NCBI RefSeq assembly: GCF_000419585.1
Contig: NZ_ATTH01000002.1
Coordinates: 95,873 to 127,872 of the forward strand
Reading direction: 5' to 3'
DNA length: 32,000 nt
From: Salisaeta longa DSM 21114
Lineage (GTDB): Bacteria; Bacteroidota; Rhodothermia; Rhodothermales; Salinibacteraceae
A program made the translations under genes and the position numbers. A model generated the notes under the pieces. That model did no database searches and was not told the DNA's origin. It saw only the letters and a list, made by a program, of their open reading frames with translations. Shown here piece by piece: positions 25,443 to 30,875 of the stretch (the first letter of the stretch is position 1; each line of letters starts with the position of its first letter).

Positions 25443-26348
25443 TCAGGCCTTCAGGGCGGTGGCGGACACCAGGTCTTGCATTCGTACGAAGTAAACGTCT
25501 TCAAGTGTGGGGCGCGCTGGCTTAAACCCATCGCCAGGATCCTGCTCGGCATAGACGCGAATGACGGGTCGCCCGGCCACGAGCCGCACCGAGATGACAT
25601 CGTGGCGCGCTTCGTACATCGGCAGGGTCACCCTTGTCACGGTGTGGCTCCAGATACGCCCTTCGAGGGCTCGAATGGCGCTCGCAGGGCTGCCCTCGAA
25701 TACGATGGAGCCTTTGCGAATCATGGCCATGTTAGAGCAGAGCTCGCGCACGTCCTTCACGATGTGCGTCGAGAGGATGACAATGCGGTTCTCGCCGAGC
25801 TCGCTCAGTAGATTCAGAAACCGTGTCCGCTCGGAAGGGTCGAGGCCAGCGGTGGGCTCGTCTACAATGATGAGCTGGGGGTCGCCCAGGAGCGCCACCG
25901 CAATGCCAAAGCGCTGTTTCATGCCGCCCGAATAGCTGTCGAGCGTTTGCGTTCGTGCATCCTGGAGGTTTGTGCGGTCAAACAGCGTATCTACAGTCGC
26001 GGCGCGCTCGCTCGCATCTGTAATACCTTTCATCACCGCAAAGTGATCGAGGAGATGGTCGGCACGGGCCTTTGGGTACAGCCCAAATTCCTGCGGCAGG
26101 TAGCCCAGGCGACGGCGCACGCGACGTTTCTCTGTAAGTACGTTGATCGTCGCGTCGTCGGTGTTGAGCTCAACGGTGCCGTCGTCGGGCTCTTGCAGCG
26201 TGGCAATCGTTCGCATGAGCGTCGACTTACCAGCACCGTTGGGGCCCAGTAGGCCGTAAAGACCCGTGGAGACCGATAGCGTGACCTCCTTGAGGGCCTG
26301 TGTACCGTTTGGATAGGTCTTCGAGACGTTTTCAATGCGAAGCTGCAT
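25443..26348 (-). CDS. ABC transporter ATP-binding protein (partner of the permease::M1 fusion)
   Basis: 301-aa ORF with Walker A GPNGAGKST, signature YSGGMKQR and Walker B LIIVDEPTAGLD. It has a C-terminal ~90-aa accessory domain. Confidence 0.9.
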   Translation of the reverse strand: MQLRIENVSKTYPNGTQALKEVTLSVSTGLYGLLGPNGAGKSTLMRTIATLQEPDDGTVELNTDDATINVLTEKRRVRRRLGYLPQEFGLYPKARADHLLDHFAVMKGITDASERAATVDTLFDRTNLQDARTQTLDSYSGGMKQRFGIAVALLGDPQLIIVDEPTAGLDPSERTRFLNLLSELGENRIVILSTHIVKDVRELCSNMAMIRKGSIVFEGSPASAIRALEGRIWSHTVTRVTLPMYEARHDVISVRLVAGRPVIRVYAEQDPGDGFKPARPTLEDVYFVRMQDLVSATALKA

Positions 26349-26392
26349 GGGAGTGCGGGGTTGTAAGGTAAGGGCAAGGGGCGCGTATGAGC

Positions 26393-26440
26393 GTACAGTA
26401 TGCAGCGCTTAAATAAAGCATCTACCAAGTAGAGTATGCA
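26393..26440. promoter_or_regulatory. Pair of 12-bp direct repeats GTA(C/G)AGTATGCA (26393-26404 and 26429-26440) upstream of the ABC ATPase gene
   Basis: 11 of 12 positions identical, with 36 bp start-to-start. They lie 45-92 nt upstream of the ATG at 26348, in a 363-bp spacer. A chance occurrence cannot be excluded. Confidence 0.25.
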
Positions 26441-26711
26441 CTGCAGGACGTAACCTGTAGTCCCTTTTGATAGGCGGGAAAGGGGCGCGACGAGCGGCAA
26501 GAACGGAAGATAGACAGCGAAGAAGCGGTGCTGCCTTCTGGCCGGCTCGTAAGTGCGCAGACAAGAAACAGGCGCAAAGGGCAGCGGAAGCAGGAGGGGG
26601 GCGCCGGTACCGGATGGGACAAGGAAGGTGCCGGCAGGTGCGCGGCGCAGCGAGTGGCGCAGCCGAGCGTTTCATTGTGTCGTGACCTGTAAGAAAAAGT
26701 GTTCACAGTAA

Positions 26712-27941
26712 CTACACAGAACGGTGCGCCTTCGTGCAACGAGCGCTGGAGGGGCGACAGAGTGCATTCAGCCATTGGGTTGCGGCTGCGGCCAGGCCGC
26801 GCACAGGGTCTCCGGCGAGTGCTTCGCGCGCCCGGCTTATCGTATCTGCTGTAGGCTCGCCCGTCGCCCACTGGACAGCGACTTGGGCTCGCAGGCGGAG
26901 GCTCTCGTCGTCGAAGGGGGTCCTGCCGGTGCCCACAGCGCGCCAGCGCGCCGCGGCGCCCGCATCTTGGCGCACGGCGCCCTCAAAGAACGCCGCCTCC
27001 AGGGCTAGTGACGGGAGCAAGGCCGGCGGGTACAACGCGTGGCGGTCTAAGGCTTCTTGCAATAGCCGATGGGCGCGCGTCATATCGCCGGTATCCAGTG
27101 CGTGCAGGTACGCCAGCCGCCGGCCTTCTACGTCGTAGGGCGTTTCATCGTCTACGGCCGTGGCCTGGTCGACAAGCGCGGGCTCCCAGGTGCACGGCCG
27201 CTTTTCAAACAGTAGCGCCGTGAGGGCAAAGACGGCCGCATCGCGGGCGGCCGCCGGATGGTTGCGCCAGATGCGCAGCAAGCGCGACCCGTCCGTGAAG
27301 AAGCCGCTCGTCGTTACGGGTACGAGCGTAACAACGCCTATACTGAGCGAGACTGTACCAAAGATAAGCGTTCCATCGGCTGCCATCCACCCGATGGGCA
27401 ATGTGCCCGACGGTACCGCGTCGTACAGGCCCAGTGCGATGTACGCGCCAATGGCTAGCAGCCCCAGCAACAGGCTCGCAGCAGGCCCGCCGGCCACCAT
27501 GCGTGCTTCGCCGCGGGCTAGATCTTGCAGGTCGGTGGGCACGCTGCCCGCCATTCCCCCATAGAGAGACCAGTGCGTGTGCAGTTCAACCTGGTACCCG
27601 GTATTCGTGCGTGTGACCATGAACGGTCCTACGGCGAGGAGTTGAAACCGAAAGCCACTCAGCCATCCGCCCAGCAAATGCCCGGCCTCGTGAACGGCCA
27701 GTGCAAGAAATATGATGACAGCCGTCCCCACAAGCGCGATCGCTCCGCCTAACACATCCAACGTGCCGGCAGGTACAGCGCTCGCCCCTCCGTCGTCGCC
27801 GATGAGCAGAACGTACGCGGCGTATCCAACTGCGCCACTCGCAAGCACAATAGCAGCTGTTTTAAGGAAGTCAATGGTAGCAGCATTATCCGGGGCGAGG
27901 CCCGCGGGCATCCGTAGCGGAGGCACGTCGGAGGCGTCCAT
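26712..27941 (-). CDS. M50-like (site-2-protease-type) membrane zinc metalloprotease with a C-terminal helical-repeat domain
   Basis: 409-aa ORF. HEAGH lies inside a transmembrane segment (FLALAVHEAGHLLGGWL), and a second membrane-embedded motif LVPVTTSGFFTDGSRLL resembles the M50 NxxPxxxxDG segment. The ~170-aa soluble C-terminal domain is alpha-helical and repeat-like. Confidence 0.65.
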   Translation of the reverse strand: MDASDVPPLRMPAGLAPDNAATIDFLKTAAIVLASGAVGYAAYVLLIGDDGGASAVPAGTLDVLGGAIALVGTAVIIFLALAVHEAGHLLGGWLSGFRFQLLAVGPFMVTRTNTGYQVELHTHWSLYGGMAGSVPTDLQDLARGEARMVAGGPAASLLLGLLAIGAYIALGLYDAVPSGTLPIGWMAADGTLIFGTVSLSIGVVTLVPVTTSGFFTDGSRLLRIWRNHPAAARDAAVFALTALLFEKRPCTWEPALVDQATAVDDETPYDVEGRRLAYLHALDTGDMTRAHRLLQEALDRHALYPPALLPSLALEAAFFEGAVRQDAGAAARWRAVGTGRTPFDDESLRLRAQVAVQWATGEPTADTISRAREALAGDPVRGLAAAATQWLNALCRPSSARCTKAHRSV

Positions 27942-28001
27942 GGCAGTTAGGCACGTGGTGAAAGGTGCGTACGGTGCGGCGTGAATTCCGTAAAAACGAC
28001 G

Positions 28002-28877
28002 TTAGCGCTGATGTATGGTGTAGCCTCGGGCTTCTAGCAGCGCAATGAGGCCCTTGCGCCCCACCATATGGCCGGCCCCCACCACAATCATAGGACGTGT
28101 GCTGCCTGCAAGTAGTGCCTCAATTTGGGGCACCCACCGCTGGTTGCGTTCTACCAGAAGGCGCCGGTACAGCGCCGGAAATTCTCGCATCATCTCGCCC
28201 TCAAGAAGGGCCCGCAGCCGTGTGGTATCGCCCCGTGCCCATGCACGCGTCATCTCGTCCATCTGCTGTATGGTGCGCCCCGAACGCGCTAACGTGTAGC
28301 GCAGAAAGTCCTCCTGCTGTGACGACGAGAGCCCATCAAAAATACGCAACTGCTCGCGGAGCGTCTCTAGGGAGCGGATGGGTTTTCCGGCAGTCTTGGC
28401 CTTACGGAAAAAGTGAGCATCGATGCCAGAACCGGGCGTGTAGCCAGCGCGCTGGTAAAGTAGTATGGGCACCGACATAGAAACCACCCACGGCTCCATG
28501 CGCTGCAACCGTTTAAGAGGTAAGTTAAGGCTGTCGGTGGTCGTTTTGAGCAGACGGTAGGCATCGCTTGAAAGCGTGCGTTGCAGCGTTTGATTGTCGC
28601 TGTACATGCCCATCTCGGCAATGAGCGCGGGGGCTTGTGTGCGGGCGCTGTCCAGGCGGGTTTCGAAGACCAGCACATCAGACGCAGCGAAGACGCTGTC
28701 GAAGGCCGGAGCCAGTGGGTACGCTTCGGGCTTTAGAAGATGAACCGACCCTACAAGGTATCCCTCGGTGCCTGCATCCGAACGGATGTCCCACAGCATA
28801 TGGCGGTCTTGTGCATGGGCAATCATCGGGAGCAACCCCAAGATGGCTATACATACAGCGGTCCAAAAGCGCTGCAT
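28002..28877 (-). CDS. TraB/GumN-family protein, secreted
   Basis: Track ORF 28002..28922 trimmed to the ATG at 28877 (signal peptide MQRFWTAVCIAILGLLPMIAHAQ). The family pattern is MLWDIRS..GTEGYLVGSVHLL... and the C-terminal IVVGAGHMVGRKGLIALLEARGYTI. Confidence 0.8.
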   Translation of the reverse strand: MQRFWTAVCIAILGLLPMIAHAQDRHMLWDIRSDAGTEGYLVGSVHLLKPEAYPLAPAFDSVFAASDVLVFETRLDSARTQAPALIAEMGMYSDNQTLQRTLSSDAYRLLKTTTDSLNLPLKRLQRMEPWVVSMSVPILLYQRAGYTPGSGIDAHFFRKAKTAGKPIRSLETLREQLRIFDGLSSSQQEDFLRYTLARSGRTIQQMDEMTRAWARGDTTRLRALLEGEMMREFPALYRRLLVERNQRWVPQIEALLAGSTRPMIVVGAGHMVGRKGLIALLEARGYTIHQR

Positions 28878-28965
28878 AGGGAAGCGTCTGCTCCGGAAAC
28901 CTACAAGTAATCGTGTGTGCATGGTAGTTCAAAGTTGTTAGAAGCTGCATTTGCAAAACCACTGC

Positions 28966-29001
28966 CTTTATAAAGCGACGCTACTCCGTTGTAAAGCGCA
29001 G
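28966..29001. promoter_or_regulatory. Direct repeat TT(A/G)TAAAGCG with 21-bp periodicity (28968-28977 and 28989-28998); candidate LytTR-type binding architecture upstream of the TraB/GumN gene
   Basis: 9 of 10 positions identical, with start-to-start spacing of exactly 21 bp. It sits in the AT-rich spacer between the regulator stop (29070) and the TraB/GumN start (28877). It overlaps a perfect palindrome CTTTATAAAG (28966-28975). The repeats are short, so chance is possible. Confidence 0.25.
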
Positions 29002-29069
29002 TATTGGTCAGTGGCTGCATCCTTTGATGAGTGGCGCTGGCCCTCTCCGTTTCGGGCAGCGGCTGGCGT

Positions 29070-29810
29070 TTACAGCTTCAAGTGCTCACGGAATTGCTTC
29101 GAGCGCCGACGCGAAAGTTCGATCTCGCTCCCGTCCTTCAGCTTTGCAAGAATCTTATCGCCAAACCAGGGGACAACGTCCTCTACCCAGTGCAGGTTAA
29201 TGATGTGCTGACGGCTTGCGCGGAAAAAGCAGTTGGGATCGAGGCGTTCTTCGAGATAACGCAGCGAGCGGTGTACAAGCGGCTTGCCCTTGCTGGAGAC
29301 GATGCGCGTGTAATTTCCTTCCGATGCGAAGTAGCGTACATCGGCCAGTTGCACAAAGTAGTAGCGTTTGCCATCCTTCACAAACACTTGGTCATCGGTG
29401 GAAAGGGTGGGCACGGGCTCCGCTTCCGCCACTGCCCCCTGCGGTTGAGTCGCCTTGGCTTGCTCGCGCACGCGCTGCACAGCCTCCGCTAATCGCTCGG
29501 GTTCAATGGGCTTGACAAGGTAGTCTAGCGCACTCACTTCAAACGCCTCAAGGGCGTAGGCATCGTACGCGGTCGAAAACACGACAAACGGCACGGCATC
29601 TAGACGCTCCAGCAGATCGAAGCCGCTGCCACCAGGCATCTGAACATCGAGAAAAAGGAGATCGGGCTGCAGGTCGTTGACGGCGGCCTCGGCCTCATCG
29701 GCATTTGTGGCTTCTCCAACGATTTCGAGATCCTCGTGGGCGGCCAGCAGGCGTCGCATTTCGCTGCGTGCCAGGCGCTCGTCATCGACGATAAGTGTTC
29801 GTAGCGTCAT
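29070..29810 (-). CDS. LytTR/LytR-AlgR-family response regulator
   Basis: Track ORF 29070..30146 trimmed to the ATG at 29810. MTLRTLIVDDERLARSEMRRLL...DLLFLDVQMPGGSG...LDYLVKP is a receiver domain. The C-terminal FVKDGKRYYFVQLADVRYFASEGNYTRIV...FFRASRQHIINL is a LytTR DNA-binding domain. 246 aa. Confidence 0.9.
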   Translation of the reverse strand: MTLRTLIVDDERLARSEMRRLLAAHEDLEIVGEATNADEAEAAVNDLQPDLLFLDVQMPGGSGFDLLERLDAVPFVVFSTAYDAYALEAFEVSALDYLVKPIEPERLAEAVQRVREQAKATQPQGAVAEAEPVPTLSTDDQVFVKDGKRYYFVQLADVRYFASEGNYTRIVSSKGKPLVHRSLRYLEERLDPNCFFRASRQHIINLHWVEDVVPWFGDKILAKLKDGSEIELSRRRSKQFREHLKL

Positions 29811-30152
29811 GATATGTACGACTATTAGTAGATTTTGGGCGTCAGGGAACGGTTTTGCAGGCCGTACGCTCGCCAACGATAGGCGCAAGAACGTATGCCC
29901 TCGGGCTGCTCCGCTCCCATGCGACGGGATAGGCGATTGGGAGACAAACAGCGCAAGGGTGCCGATACAACAAAATACTTCCATACAATGAAGATACGAA
30001 ACGCACTGGCCCTGTGAAAGCAATTTCTGATCGCCGGTAGCTTGCGCTGATGAGCGGGGGAGGCAACGTGCTGTAGCATTCGGGGACGGCTTGCCCGGCA
30101 GTTTGCGAACGGACGCATGTTGCATCTGCACGGGTGGCCGGTGCAAGTAAAT

Positions 30153-30418
30153 TGCGGGAGTTCCTTGCGCGCTTCGGGTCGCTGATTGTGCGCCCGTACC
30201 GCACCGACCGCTTCGACTTCGGCGCGCCCACCTTCCACCAAGAACTGCAGGCCCGCTTTCGGGAGGCCTCGGAGCTTCGCGAAACGACCGGCTCGCCGCA
30301 CTTCGTGTTCTTAAACAAGGTGCTGGTGGGCATCTTCAACCTGATGGGCCAGCTGGGGCCGGTCATCGACACGCGACGCAGCCGCGCCCTGCTGGAAGGC
30401 ACCGTCACGGCGCTGTAG
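30153..30418 (+). pseudogene. Orphan 3' fragment of an ABC1-kinase gene (displaced or duplicated copy)
   Basis: It reads ...KLREFLARFGSLIVRPYRTDRFDFGAPTFHQELQARFREASELRETTGSPHFVFLNKVLVGIFNLMGQLGPVIDTRRSRALLEGTVTAL, which is identical to the C-terminus of the 16588..17910 product from FGSL onward except for Thr/Ala. It has no kinase domain upstream. The track ORF 30134..30418 only has a GTG start. Confidence 0.85.
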
Positions 30419-30462
30419 CAACCGGGCGGGACCGCACTCCTCGATCGGGCGCGTGCGTCTCG
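30153..30462. repeat. Right copy of the 310-bp direct repeat
   Basis: See the left copy. The offset is 12,508 nt and identity ends at 30462 (left copy 17954). Confidence 0.9.
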
Positions 30463-30875
30463 TTGGTTAAAGCCAGCGGCCCGCTACTGCACGAGCGGCG
30501 GGAGGGGCGGTGTCCCTTGCATATCGCAGGGGGATACAGCTCTTGGGTGCCCACAGCGATTGCAGGAACGGTTACGCTCGCCCCAAAGCGGGCGTCGTCG
30601 GGCGACCCTTTGCCAGGCCCGTTTCTGAATCAGCAGGCCCCGCTCCAACCGCTACGGAAGTAACGAAGCGCTCCCCACCCCCCAAGCCATGCAATCGACG
30701 GATCGGCCGGTGCGCGCAGCAGAGATCATAACGTCTAGTGCGCCCGCTCCGAGCCTATGGAATGAGGCCCGGCTCCCAACGCACGAAGCCGCTCCCGCCA
30801 CGAGGGCAGGGGCGGCTTCGGTGGTCACGTTGCCTGACGGCACATCTGTTACGGGTAGGCTCGTGGCTCCCTCGG

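Larger units (their letters stand above)
17955..30152. mobile_element. Putative integrated genomic island with no integrase in the window (12.2-kb cargo between the direct repeats)
   Basis: It is bracketed by the duplicated gene 3' end. It contains nine co-directional accessory-type genes. The 20.5-29.8 kb part looks less GC-rich in spot counts. No recombinase, transposase or transfer genes are seen inside. Confidence 0.45.

Noticed and set aside
26409-26675. 88-aa minus-strand ORF (MKRSAAPLAAPRTCRHLPCPIRYRRPPP...) in the 363-bp spacer, considered as a possible precursor peptide for the protease/ABC module.
   Set aside because: It is extremely basic and Pro/Arg-rich, whereas the surrounding proteome is acidic. 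It has no leader-core architecture or double-glycine-type motif and no recognisable start context. There is not enough evidence to call it.
30134-30418. The 94-aa track ORF MAGASKLREFLARFGSL... considered as an independent small gene.
   Set aside because: It has a GTG start only and consists entirely of the duplicated C-terminus of the ABC1 kinase, with no kinase domain. I annotated it as an orphan fragment and part of the direct repeat.
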